Of a stretch of DNA of 64,000 nt, positions 38,186 to 47,197 are shown piece by piece. The stretch comes from a phage, in sequence record PZ452583.1; one strand, given 5' to 3'. Each line of letters begins with the position of its first letter. Positions within the stretch are counted from its first letter, which is position 1. Under the pieces are notes generated by a model. That model did no database searches. It worked only from the letters and a program-made list of their open reading frames with translations, and was not told where the DNA came from. The translations under genes and the position numbers were made by a program.

Positions 38186-38602
38186 TTAAATGTAAATATT
38201 TTTACCGTAATACTTATACCAATGTGGTTTCATTAAAATTTTTTCATCAAGTCGTTGTTGACTCAATTTAATAGCTGATTTGCATGGATTATAATCATTT
38301 TTCCATTCTACTGGAATATCGCTGATGTCAGGAACTTCAGTATCTTTTATACTGAACCCGCGTTTTAAGCATTCCGTTATAATGTCTAATTGACGCTTTC
38401 GCAAAAATTCTAACTTATCGTAAAAGAACGTAACATGACCAGAACCTAAAATAAACTCGGAAGATATTTTAAAATCTTTAACGCGCTTACCGTTTGCCAC
38501 ATGCTTACGAACTATACCAAAAACACGCGGCAATTCACGGTATTCTGCGATTAAATGTTGATCAGCAAGTTCAGATACTAAAGTCAAATTAATACGAGTC
38601 AT
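38186..38602 (-). CDS. denV: Endonuclease V (pyrimidine-dimer DNA glycosylase)
   Basis: ORF track 138 aa; N-terminus [29 protein letters not shown] matches T4 endo V as recalled. Confidence 0.92.
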   Translation of the reverse strand: MTRINLTLVSELADQHLIAEYRELPRVFGIVRKHVANGKRVKDFKISSEFILGSGHVTFFYDKLEFLRKRQLDIITECLKRGFSIKDTEVPDISDIPVEWKNDYNPCKSAIKLSQQRLDEKILMKPHWYKYYGKNIYI

Positions 38603-38627
38603 TTTATCCCTCCAATTAACTGTGAAT

Positions 38628-38657
38628 ATACTATCACAATTCTAGGAGAAAGTAAAC
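38628..38657 (-). promoter_or_regulatory. T4 early-promoter-like element upstream of denV
   Basis: Minus strand GTTTAC, 18-nt spacer, TAGTAT, then GGAGGG and the denV ATG. Confidence 0.45.
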
Positions 38658-38661
38658 AACT

Positions 38662-39630
<969 letters not shown>

Positions 39631-39634
<4 letters not shown>

Positions 39635-40119
39635 TTTAATTTCCTGCATTCAGTGATAAAGTTATTTAAATTTTGAGTATATTTCTTTTCATCAAAAATC
39701 TTTTGCTGTCTGCGTAACCGCCATGGCATTTCAATGAACACGCACCATATCCCAGATAATATTGCTGCTGTAAAAATATTAACAAGTATGGTTAAAAGAA
39801 TCCAATCTCCTATTCTGTCCATTGGATTTTTTATAAAAAAGTAAAATACGAATGATGTCACAGGAAGACTAATAATATACCACAGAATCATAATTTTATC
39901 TGTGAACCAATCAGCGTTCGTTAACTTAGCGCGACCATTATGAATACATACGAACTTATCATCTGTTATAGTAGATGGCTTAGCTGCTTGATATCCCATT
40001 CTAAACTCCCTAATTAACATTTTTTTCATATCTTCGGAACAGCCACTCCAGTCAACTCTATCAACTGAAATGCCATCATCCCCATCATCTAAATCATACC
40101 AGCGAGTTTTTAAAATCAT
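39631..40119 (-). CDS. Hypothetical membrane protein
   Basis: ORF track 162 aa; two or more hydrophobic helices. Confidence 0.55.
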
Positions 40120-40490
40120 TTAATTTTCCTACAATCACTCACAAACTCTTCCATTGATTCTTTTTCAATATAAGACATGTAGCTATTATATTCCTTTAAT
40201 TGTATTTTGTAATCCTTTTTTCTTTGCCAATTTATTTTAAAATTATCATAATGAAAATATAACATTGTACCAAAGAATGAAAATAATGAAATCGCTATAG
40301 TATAATGAAGTTCACTCCAAACTTCTATTATATCTATTATACCGCTGACGTTACTACGGATGTTTAAAATAAAACAGTCAATTAACAATCCAATAAGACT
40401 ACCTGCAAGAGCTGCAAATGCTGATACGGCAAGAATTAATAGTGCCTCTGGAAACGAATATTTAACTTTATTTAGTTTTGGCTTTTGCAT
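40116..40490 (-). CDS. Hypothetical membrane protein
   Basis: ORF track 124 aa. Confidence 0.55.
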   Translation of the reverse strand: MQKPKLNKVKYSFPEALLILAVSAFAALAGSLIGLLIDCFILNIRSNVSGIIDIIEVWSELHYTIAISLFSFFGTMLYFHYDNFKINWQRKKDYKIQLKEYNSYMSYIEKESMEEFVSDCRKIK

Positions 40491-40864
40491 CGTGATTCCT
40501 TAACAAATTTCATAATTTCATCAAATTCATACGCAGCAAGTTTAAGCTGGTGTTCATTTTTAATCTTTTTACACTGAGCTTTCCATTCGCGTACGCGTTT
40601 ACGATAATGTCTTCCTTGATACCAGTATCCTACCCAATTTATAGGTACTAATAAAAATGGAACTACTAATGGAAGAATTAATACTAACAGAAATATTACG
40701 CCAGATTCAATATCAGTCATAAAGTCTATAATCATTCCAACAATCAATAGAATTACAAATGATATAGCTGTCACAGGACCTATTAATACATCAGTAGAAA
40801 TTAGCTGGCGCTTTAATTCATACTTTAAGGGTTTACTTGGAAGATACATTGATGGCTTTGACAT
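40472..40864 (-). CDS. Hypothetical membrane protein
   Basis: ORF track 130 aa. Confidence 0.55.
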   Translation of the reverse strand: MSKPSMYLPSKPLKYELKRQLISTDVLIGPVTAISFVILLIVGMIIDFMTDIESGVIFLLVLILPLVVPFLLVPINWVGYWYQGRHYRKRVREWKAQCKKIKNEHQLKLAAYEFDEIMKFVKESRCKSQN

Positions 40865-41441
40865 ATTCTCTGCATTCCTTCACAAATTTTTCTAGTAATA
40901 AATCGCTTTCAAAATTGGGATTTTCTACGAATTTATCAAAAAGATCATCAACAATAGTTAAGATATTCTTTTTACTAAGAATACGTTTATTTTCATGCTT
41001 CGTTTCAGAATCAACTATAAGAGTAAAGAAATATTTCTTGCCCTGAAATTTTACAGTAGTATCAATATAAAATAAATTTGACTTTTGTAAATTACGTTTA
41101 AACCGTGCATCACTTAAACTATAAACGCCAAGATAATCATAATCGTCGTTTAAATAACAGACCGTCCATTCAGGAGAAACAAAATCAGTAAATTCAACGT
41201 CAAAATCGCATGTTAATAAATGAATTGATTCAATACTGTTAATAAGTATTCCAGGACGTATTAAAGACTTTTTACCTCTAGAAAATCCTCTAGAAAGACT
41301 TTCATCAGTTTCATATGAAGAACCCCAATAATAATTACGTCCTTCTGCCATACGTTTAAGAGCATTTAATAATTGATCTGGAACATCAACCTGTCTTTGG
41401 AACTCTTCAAACATTGAATTGAAATCACTTTGCATTTTCAT
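40833..41441 (-). CDS. Hypothetical protein
   Basis: ORF track 202 aa. Confidence 0.55.
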   Translation of the reverse strand: MKMQSDFNSMFEEFQRQVDVPDQLLNALKRMAEGRNYYWGSSYETDESLSRGFSRGKKSLIRPGILINSIESIHLLTCDFDVEFTDFVSPEWTVCYLNDDYDYLGVYSLSDARFKRNLQKSNLFYIDTTVKFQGKKYFFTLIVDSETKHENKRILSKKNILTIVDDLFDKFVENPNFESDLLLEKFVKECREYVKAINVSSK

Positions 41442-41482
41442 TCCTACTTACTCCAAGTAATAGGGGCCGAAGCCCCTTATCA

Positions 41483-42076
41483 TTATTTCAGAGAATTAAT
41501 ATATTCCTGAACATCGGCAGAGGTAGTTTCAACCCCAGAAATATTGCCATTAAAGGTTTCAACTCGGGCAAGAGTATCTTCAATATCAACCTTAGTCAGC
41601 GCTGCAATTTCAACTACATCATCAGCAGTACTAATTCCGAGGGCATTCGCAGCACGAGTTTCACGGATATATTCCAATTTAACTGCAAGTTCTTGGCGAG
41701 CATCATCTAACTCAACTACTTTCTTGGCAATTTCAATTCGCATTTCAGCATAACCATCAGCTTTAGTAGTCAACTGCTCAGCTGTTCGACGATATAGTAA
41801 ACCGAGTTTAGCATGCATTGTTACATCTTGACCTTCAGAAAGAAGCTTGCGAATTTCACGCTCTTTTGATTCGGCCTGCTTATTCTTTTCGACAATAAGT
41901 TCACGAATACGCTTTTCTTCATTAATAGATTTAACAGAAGCAGTTTTTAGATCTTTAATCTTATCAAGTAGTTTTGCTGCCGCAGCAGTATACTGTTCTT
42001 CAACAGATAGATTTTTAGCCATAGCAGAACCAAGTTTAGTGCGAATAAACTCAACAATTTTCTTCAGCATGTTCAT
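41483..42076 (-). CDS. Hypothetical coiled-coil protein
   Basis: ORF track 197 aa; long charged heptad-like regions. Confidence 0.55.
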   Translation of the reverse strand: MNMLKKIVEFIRTKLGSAMAKNLSVEEQYTAAAAKLLDKIKDLKTASVKSINEEKRIRELIVEKNKQAESKEREIRKLLSEGQDVTMHAKLGLLYRRTAEQLTTKADGYAEMRIEIAKKVVELDDARQELAVKLEYIRETRAANALGISTADDVVEIAALTKVDIEDTLARVETFNGNISGVETTSADVQEYINSLK

Positions 42077-42150
42077 AGCATTTCCTTTAGTTAATTAAGG
42101 GTTTTATAATCCGTGGGAGTATTATACTCTACTCCCAAGAGTTTGTAAAC

Positions 42151-42483
42151 TTATTCTTCGTCCAATTCATCAATAAATTTATCGATACTACTATTAATAG
42201 ACTCATCAATGATTAACAAAGCATCATCATCCATAATATTAATATTTTCTAAAGCATCAATATAAGCTTGATTGACTGTAGACCATGCCCTTTGAAAATA
42301 TGGGGCTTCATCATCAGGACTGAACCAACGCACACCTTCAAAGATACGTTTGGCATAATCTAACACCCATTGTACAGGCATGTTTTGAGAGCGTTCATTA
42401 AACTCTTCAAAGTCCTTAGATTCAAAAAGCTCTTCAGGATAATAATTTCTATTACAAAAAGCTTTACTAAAGTTGCGTTTCAT
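42151..42483 (-). CDS. Hypothetical protein
   Basis: ORF track 110 aa. Confidence 0.5.
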   Translation of the reverse strand: MKRNFSKAFCNRNYYPEELFESKDFEEFNERSQNMPVQWVLDYAKRIFEGVRWFSPDDEAPYFQRAWSTVNQAYIDALENINIMDDDALLIIDESINSSIDKFIDELDEE

Positions 42484-42539
42484 AATGTTCTCCTCAAAGT
42501 TATAGGCTCATAATATCTCAATCATGAGCCTGTGTAAAC

Positions 42540-42803
42540 TTATTTCATATTATTGAAATATTCTTCAGCAATTTCATCATTATCATGATAAACTTTAGAA
42601 GACAGTTTAACATAACTTTCAGCAGTGAACATGTTAATCACAACCTTTACAGTATACCACTGACCGTCTTCATTACCCATTACTGCGTAAGTTTCAAACA
42701 TCGGATGATCAGGACCGATAACTTTAATATCATTCACTGTACGACCAAAATCTTCTGAAACACATTTCATAAAGAAGTTGAACAGTTCACCATAATTATC
42801 CAT
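42540..42803 (-). CDS. Hypothetical protein
   Basis: Track ORF 42540..42938 reads through a promoter; supported start ATG 42803..42801 (MDNYGELFNF) after GGAGA. Confidence 0.5.
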   Translation of the reverse strand: MDNYGELFNFFMKCVSEDFGRTVNDIKVIGPDHPMFETYAVMGNEDGQWYTVKVVINMFTAESYVKLSSKVYHDNDEIAEEYFNNMK

Positions 42804-42846
42804 TTCATTCTCCAAGTTGTTTTCTGTATCAGTAGTTGATAGTTGT

Positions 42847-42876
42847 ATAGTACCATGGAAGGACAAGGATGTAAAC
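42847..42876 (-). promoter_or_regulatory. T4 early-promoter-like element
   Basis: Minus strand GTTTAC, 18-nt spacer, TACTAT. Confidence 0.45.
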
Positions 42877-43010
42877 CGTTTTGTGAAAAAAATTTTTAAA
42901 AAGTTTTGGGGAATTCTAGGGCAGGGAGGGGAAATCAAAGGATAGGATAATATATTATAAAGGGTAGAAACTAAATGATGTCTAGAGAGGCCTGGAAAGG
43001 CCTAGATACC

Positions 43011-43038
43011 AAAAAGCCCCAACCTTTCGGCTAGGGCT
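43011..43038 (-). terminator. Intrinsic terminator (long stem, GAAA tetraloop, U5), copy A
   Basis: Minus strand AGCCCUAGCCGAAAGGUUGGGGCUUUUU immediately downstream of the 43046..43519 gene. Confidence 0.6.
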
Positions 43039-43045
43039 AAGAATG

Positions 43046-43519
43046 TTATTTGATTTGTTTAGCAGACCAAATGCGGTCTTTAATAATTTTTTGGATGTCT
43101 TCAACATACTCAAGAGAGTGAGCATGTGGGTTATCTTTGAAACTATAAGCACGAGCTAGCTTTTGGCCTTCAGTTTTGATTACTAAAAGCTCTTTAAGGA
43201 TAGCTTCATATTTGGAGATAATTCCTTTAACAATATTTTTCTCTTGTGCGACTTTAGGATCTGCTTTAGGAGCAGGTTTACCTGAAGCCTTTGCAAAAGC
43301 AGCGCCAGTAGCAACTAAACTTTTCCAGGCCATACTAACAGCATTCCCCGTAAATCCTTCTGCTTTCATGTCGCGAGCAAATTGGAATCGTGATTCATCA
43401 GAAGCATCTTTATAGGAATATTTACCCGCTGCAATGGCTGCTTTTGCGACAGCTTGAATTTCGGTGCTAGACGCTTCATTTAACACCGCTTCATTTAAAA
43501 ATTGAGCATATGATTTCAT
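43046..43519 (-). CDS. Internal-protein-like (capsid-targeting sequence) protein, late-promoter driven
   Basis: ORF track 157 aa; N-terminus MKSYAQFLNEA fits the CTS pattern; TATAAATA late-promoter octamer on the minus strand at plus 43556..43563. Confidence 0.6.
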   Translation of the reverse strand: MKSYAQFLNEAVLNEASSTEIQAVAKAAIAAGKYSYKDASDESRFQFARDMKAEGFTGNAVSMAWKSLVATGAAFAKASGKPAPKADPKVAQEKNIVKGIISKYEAILKELLVIKTEGQKLARAYSFKDNPHAHSLEYVEDIQKIIKDRIWSAKQIK

Positions 43520-43555
43520 CTTATTTCCTGTTTTAATTTGTAGATTTAATATACT

Positions 43556-43563
43556 TATTTATA
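43556..43563 (-). promoter_or_regulatory. Late-promoter octamer TATAAATA upstream of the internal-protein-like gene
   Basis: Plus-strand tatttata at 43556..43563, about 37 nt upstream of the ATG at 43519. Confidence 0.5.
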
Positions 43564-43565
43564 CT

Positions 43566-43593
43566 AAAAAGCCCCAACCTTTCGGCTGGGGCT
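43566..43593 (-). terminator. Intrinsic terminator (long stem, GAAA tetraloop, U5), copy B
   Basis: Minus strand AGCCCCAGCCGAAAGGUUGGGGCUUUUU; near-identical to copy A at 43011..43038. Confidence 0.6.
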
Positions 43594-43904
43594 AAGCCTT
43601 GCGGCAACCTTGTCGGGGTTCCACCTGCTAAGGCAAGTGTTTGTACGAAACGCCGGGATTCGAACCCGGTTATCAAGCAGTTGACGCTACTCAATATTTT
43701 TAAAAGGCCATATCTCGACCATATCCGAACGTTCCGTCAAAAACGCTACTCGGCTTACGGCAAAGATATTTCCTCGAATCGATAATTCGGTGCGCCGTTT
43801 CTGCTGTGATATAAGGGGACATTAACAAAACATAAAGATTTATTAATGCCAGTCCTTAAACAGGGAACATCAGTCCGACGACTTACCGGTAGCGACCCGG
43901 TTTC
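43594..43904 (-). ncRNA. Candidate structured non-coding RNA region downstream of the tRNA operon (contains a tRNA-like T-arm)
   Basis: About 310 nt with no ORF of 60 aa or more on either strand, between the 43905..44255 gene and terminator copy B; minus strand contains CCGGGUUCGAAUCCCGG (plus 43651..43667). No acceptor stem or CCA found, so not a canonical tRNA. Confidence 0.25.
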
Positions 43905-44255
43905 TTAATATTCTTTTAAAGCATCAATCTGTTCACGGCGTTTACGCCATAAATCAATTGCTTCATACGCAGATTCAGCATTTCGAATTAGCCGGCATTT
44001 ATGTAAAGACTTATGATTTTGATATTGTGTAGATAATGGAATTGTATCTAAAAGGTCTTTACGATCAAAGTATTCGTAACCATCTAAACCAAATGAACGA
44101 TTTTTGAGAAATTGCCAATGGCCAAATTCATTTTCAACATAAACATAATCTGCATGCTGATAAAGTAAATTAATTACACGTTCAGAAATAACAGTATCAT
44201 TATGATTAAAATAGAATGTTAAATCATGAACTACTAAATAAACATTACCTTTCAT
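43905..44255 (-). CDS. Hypothetical protein
   Basis: ORF track 116 aa; ATG 44255 preceded by GAGGAAAA, 18 nt downstream of tRNA-Arg. Confidence 0.55.
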   Translation of the reverse strand: MKGNVYLVVHDLTFYFNHNDTVISERVINLLYQHADYVYVENEFGHWQFLKNRSFGLDGYEYFDRKDLLDTIPLSTQYQNHKSLHKCRLIRNAESAYEAIDLWRKRREQIDALKEY

Positions 44256-44273
44256 ATTTTCCTCACTTATAAT

Positions 44274-44349
44274 TGGTCGAGGCAGTAGGGATCGAACCTA
44301 CGACCTAGGACTTAGAAGGTCCTTGCTCTTCCTTCTGAGCTATGCCCCG
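44274..44349 (-). tRNA. tRNA-Arg (anticodon UCU)
   Basis: Hand-folded cloverleaf from reverse complement: T-arm GUAGG-UUCGAUC-CCUAC, anticodon loop CUUCUAA, encoded CCA. Confidence 0.8.
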
Positions 44350-44353
44350 TAAT

Positions 44354-44429
44354 TGGGGTGACCGATGGGAGTCGAACCCATGACTACGAGAATCACAATC
44401 TCGAGTTCTACCAACTGAACTACGGCCAC
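44354..44429 (-). tRNA. tRNA-His (anticodon GUG)
   Basis: Hand-folded: acceptor GUGGCCG/CGGUCAC, D-stem GUUC/GAAC, anticodon stem CGAGA/UCUCG with loop UUGUGAU, T-arm AUGGG-UUCGACU-CCCAU, discriminator C, CCA; no encoded G-1. Confidence 0.65.
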
Positions 44430-44543
44430 ATTAATATCTACTCCAACAATCATGATGTCTTCACACGAAATTAAGAGAAGAGTGATCAGTTAAACCCTTA
44501 TAATCGCGTCAAGTAGATATTAATGTGACAGTTGTCACAAATT

Positions 44544-44618
44544 TGGCGGACGTGATAGGATTCGAACCTATAACCAATCGCTTAACAGGCGATCGCTCTG
44601 CCATTGAGCTACACATCC
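44544..44618 (-). tRNA. tRNA-Asn (anticodon GUU)
   Basis: Hand-folded: acceptor GGAUGUG/CACGUCC, anticodon stem AUCGC/GCGAU with loop CUGUUAA, T-loop UUCGAAU, CCA. Confidence 0.7.
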
Positions 44619-44622
44619 AAAT

Positions 44623-44709
44623 TGGTGGGGAGTGGTGGAGTCGAACCACCCGAGTCGCAATGACAATGAATTTACAGTCCACACCGCTACCTCTACGGGA
44701 TAACTCCCC
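44623..44709 (-). tRNA. tRNA-Tyr (anticodon GUA), type II with long variable arm
   Basis: Hand-folded: acceptor GGGGAGU/ACUCCCC, anticodon loop CUGUAAA, variable arm hairpin, T-arm GGUGG-UUCGACU-CCACC, CCA; anticodon stem has two G-U pairs. Confidence 0.6.
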
Positions 44710-44721
44710 TAATTCATAATT

Positions 44722-44796
44722 TGGTGGCCCTGGGTGGAATTGAACCACCATCTGGCGATTATGAGTCGCTTGCTTGAACCTTCCAGCTACAGGGCC
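44722..44796 (-). tRNA. tRNA with CAU anticodon (Ile by analogy to T4 tRNA-Ile; Met by anticodon alone)
   Basis: Hand-folded: acceptor GGCCCUG/CAGGGCC, anticodon loop CUCAUAA, T-arm GGUGG-UUCAAUU-CCACC, CCA. Confidence 0.7.
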
Positions 44797-44797
44797 T

Positions 44798-44873
44798 TGG
44801 TGCTGATTGACGGAATCGAACCGCCGACCTTCTCATTACAAGTGAGTTGCTCTACCTACTGAGCTAAATCAGC
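44798..44873 (-). tRNA. tRNA-Thr (anticodon UGU)
   Basis: Hand-folded: acceptor GCUGAUU/AAUCAGC, D-stem GCUC/GAGC, anticodon loop CUUGUAA, T-loop UUCGAUU, CCA. Confidence 0.75.
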
Positions 44874-44878
44874 AAAAC

Positions 44879-44968
44879 TGGCGGAGGCGATAGGATTTGA
44901 ACCTATGAGTCGCCGGAGCGACTGCCGGTTTTCAAGACCGGTGCATTAAACCACTCTGCCACGCCTCC
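44879..44968 (-). tRNA. tRNA-Ser (anticodon UGA), type II
   Basis: Hand-folded: acceptor GGAGGCG/CGCCUCC, anticodon stem CCGGU/ACCGG with loop CUUGAAA, long variable arm, T-loop UUCAAAU, CCA. Confidence 0.75.
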
Positions 44969-44970
44969 AG

Positions 44971-45044
44971 TCTCCATACAAGGATTTGAACCTTGGACCT
45001 CCTGATCCCAAATCAGGCGCTCTACCAAACTGAGCTACACGGAG
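44971..45044 (-). tRNA. tRNA-Pro (anticodon UGG), CCA not encoded
   Basis: Hand-folded: anticodon stem CCUGA/UCAGG with loop UUUGGGA, T-arm CAAGG-UUCAAAU-CCUUG; 3' end abuts tRNA-Ser (Pro-Ser dimeric arrangement as in T4). Confidence 0.75.
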
Positions 45045-45054
45045 TAAATTAAAT

Positions 45055-45128
<74 letters not shown>

Positions 45129-45133
45129 AAATT

Positions 45134-45220
45134 TGGTGCGAGAAGTGGGACTCGAACCCACAAGGAAATCATTCCGCAGCATTTTAAGTGCTGTGCCTTT
45201 ACCAATTTGACCATTCTCGC
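45134..45220 (-). tRNA. tRNA-Leu (anticodon UAA), type II
   Basis: Hand-folded: acceptor GCGAGAA/UUCUCGC, anticodon stem CAGCA/UGCUG with loop CUUAAAA, long variable arm, T-arm GUGGG-UUCGAGU-CCCAC, CCA. Confidence 0.75.
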
Positions 45221-45226
45221 GTTATA

Positions 45227-45835
45227 TTATTTATTACGTGAAAAAGACTGTTCTATCAATTCTGGACACTTTCGTTCTATCCATTTTCTAGCTTTTTGTG
45301 GGCTTATACCTATTATTTTAGCAGCTTTACTAACCCATCCAAATTTAGAATAATCGATTTTAACTAATTCTTCGTAAATTTCATTAGTTAAAATCTTTTC
45401 ATTAATATTTACCAGTAAATGATATAATTTGTTATCATTAGCAATTTTAATGAATCTTTTATAGTTTCCGCCTTTACTTAAACCTAATGAAGTAATTGCA
45501 GATGATATAGTAGCCGAATTTAATAATGCGTTTAAAATTTCTTCATCACTAACATTATAACGCTTTTTATTATTTTTAATATTTTTACCAGCAAAAGTAT
45601 CAGTTTGCGAATGACAGTTTGGACATAATAATCTTAAATTTGATTTAAGATGATTTTTGTTATTTCCATCAATATGGTCTAATTGCAGAACAATATGCTT
45701 ATTTTGCCATTTTGAAATTTTACAAATTGCACACTCATATGGAAAAATATTTTCTTTTATTATTTTGTCTTTCAGCTTTCCTGTACTAAAATTTGGATGT
45801 TTTCCTTCAAAAATTTCAGCTAATTTAGTATCCAT
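45227..45835 (-). CDS. HNH homing-endonuclease-like protein (free-standing, adjacent to tRNA array)
   Basis: Track ORF 45227..45859 (TTG); supported start ATG 45835..45833 (MDTKLAEIF); HNH core LDHIDGNNKNHLKSNLRLLCPNCH with paired Cys (CAIC...CPNC). Confidence 0.7.
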   Translation of the reverse strand: MDTKLAEIFEGKHPNFSTGKLKDKIIKENIFPYECAICKISKWQNKHIVLQLDHIDGNNKNHLKSNLRLLCPNCHSQTDTFAGKNIKNNKKRYNVSDEEILNALLNSATISSAITSLGLSKGGNYKRFIKIANDNKLYHLLVNINEKILTNEIYEELVKIDYSKFGWVSKAAKIIGISPQKARKWIERKCPELIEQSFSRNK

Positions 45836-45934
45836 AATATGATTCCCAATTATTAACAAAGGCTCTCAAATAAGAACCCTTGATGATAGAGGGTATTAAT
45901 CAGTGCGGTATGAGTTAATAATAACAAATAATTC

Positions 45935-46450
45935 TTAAAGCAAATCAACCATTTTAACAGTCGGCAAAACAATTTCTTCTTCGATATAAGCAAATTCTAC
46001 ATGTTCAACTACACGCAAGAAATCATATTCATAGTATTCAGAAGCATGACCAAGAATATCAATGAGGCCTTCAGATATCTTATTACCATTCACAAAGAAT
46101 AAATCAAATACACGTTCTTCATCTTCTTCGGATTTATTACCAAGGTCAACTTCTATATCAAAGACCTTTTTAATGAATTCTGGATAAAGTTGGTCTGAGA
46201 ACAGTCCTTCAACCAAATATTCATATATAAAAAGCTCTTGCTCGCTGAACAACCCATTACCACAATAACGGTCAGCTTTAGTGCTAGAATGACGACTCTT
46301 AAACTTCTTCAAAAGATATTTAAATTGTTGGAGCTCATGCTCTTCTACGCCAAACAGTGTTTTGGTTTTATAGTTATCACCATCATTTTCCCAGGTAGTG
46401 ACATCAATTACGTAACCCTTAGGAATTGTGCTGCCTAAACGAATATTCAT
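45935..46450 (-). CDS. Hypothetical protein
   Basis: ORF track 171 aa. Confidence 0.55.
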   Translation of the reverse strand: MNIRLGSTIPKGYVIDVTTWENDGDNYKTKTLFGVEEHELQQFKYLLKKFKSRHSSTKADRYCGNGLFSEQELFIYEYLVEGLFSDQLYPEFIKKVFDIEVDLGNKSEEDEERVFDLFFVNGNKISEGLIDILGHASEYYEYDFLRVVEHVEFAYIEEEIVLPTVKMVDLL

Positions 46451-46746
46451 TTGCTCACCATATTAATGTAAGTATATTCAATACATTCAAGACCCAAAGG
46501 ATTCTTGAAAATATCATATTCAAGAGGACCTTTTTCTGTTTCAATAAAGAAATCAAAATTTACTGTATTAAATTTACGGTCTTCCTTCACTAATTTAACT
46601 TGAGAAGATGAACGGTCAACATAAACCTTTTCAACTTCAAAACACGTTAAAACGCCATAATCATCAATCAAGGCTTTAGCCGCGTCTTGATCATATTTAT
46701 ATCCATTTTCAATGGATGATACTTTTGCATAAAGAATCATTATCAC
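46447..46746 (-). CDS. Hypothetical protein
   Basis: ORF track 99 aa. Confidence 0.5.
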   Translation of the reverse strand: MIMILYAKVSSIENGYKYDQDAAKALIDDYGVLTCFEVEKVYVDRSSSQVKLVKEDRKFNTVNFDFFIETEKGPLEYDIFKNPLGLECIEYTYINMVSK

Positions 46747-47123
46747 ACTCCGTAGTCTATCTTGACCAATCTACCTTTGTAGTAGCCAAAGTTCTTTGGA
46801 AAGGCATCATACTCAAAGAAATCACGGTCAAGCGTTCTACATTCATCACCATCAACATCATTATAGAGCTTTTGCAAATCAGATTTAAAAAGCTCCTTAT
46901 CCTCAACTGGCTCTGCTTTGTGCATCACAACCATGAGACCAAATCTGTTTGAGTATGCTATTGGGCATAGGTGCTTGTTATCATACCCCTTCCACTGACC
47001 TTCTGTAAGATTGCTGAGCATACCCTGCACGAAGTATTTCCATGTCTTGGGGATAGGGAACTTAATAGCATACTTACGTGTTAGTAGTACCCATCTGGTT
47101 CCACCCGATTTAATTAATTTCAT
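46743..47123 (-). CDS. Hypothetical protein
   Basis: ORF track 126 aa. Confidence 0.5.
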   Translation of the reverse strand: MKLIKSGGTRWVLLTRKYAIKFPIPKTWKYFVQGMLSNLTEGQWKGYDNKHLCPIAYSNRFGLMVVMHKAEPVEDKELFKSDLQKLYNDVDGDECRTLDRDFFEYDAFPKNFGYYKGRLVKIDYGV

Positions 47124-47197
47124 AGTCTCAGCTACCTCAATATTAATTTAAGCAATATCATTCCTATAAGGTAGTACTTTAGCATAAAGAATCATTG

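Noticed and set aside
43640-43700. An eleventh tRNA at the GGTTCGAATCC-containing site
   Set aside because: A perfect T-arm is present but no acceptor stem pairing, D-arm or CCA could be found; kept only as a tRNA-like or ncRNA candidate.
45211-45226. tRNA-Gln upstream of tRNA-Leu, as in T4
   Set aside because: Only about 6 nt separate tRNA-Leu from the HNH gene stop, and no cloverleaf can be folded in flanking sequence.
45227-45859. Annotating the endonuclease next to the tRNA array as SegB (GIY-YIG)
   Set aside because: No GIY...YIG motif is present; the conserved residues are those of an HNH nuclease.
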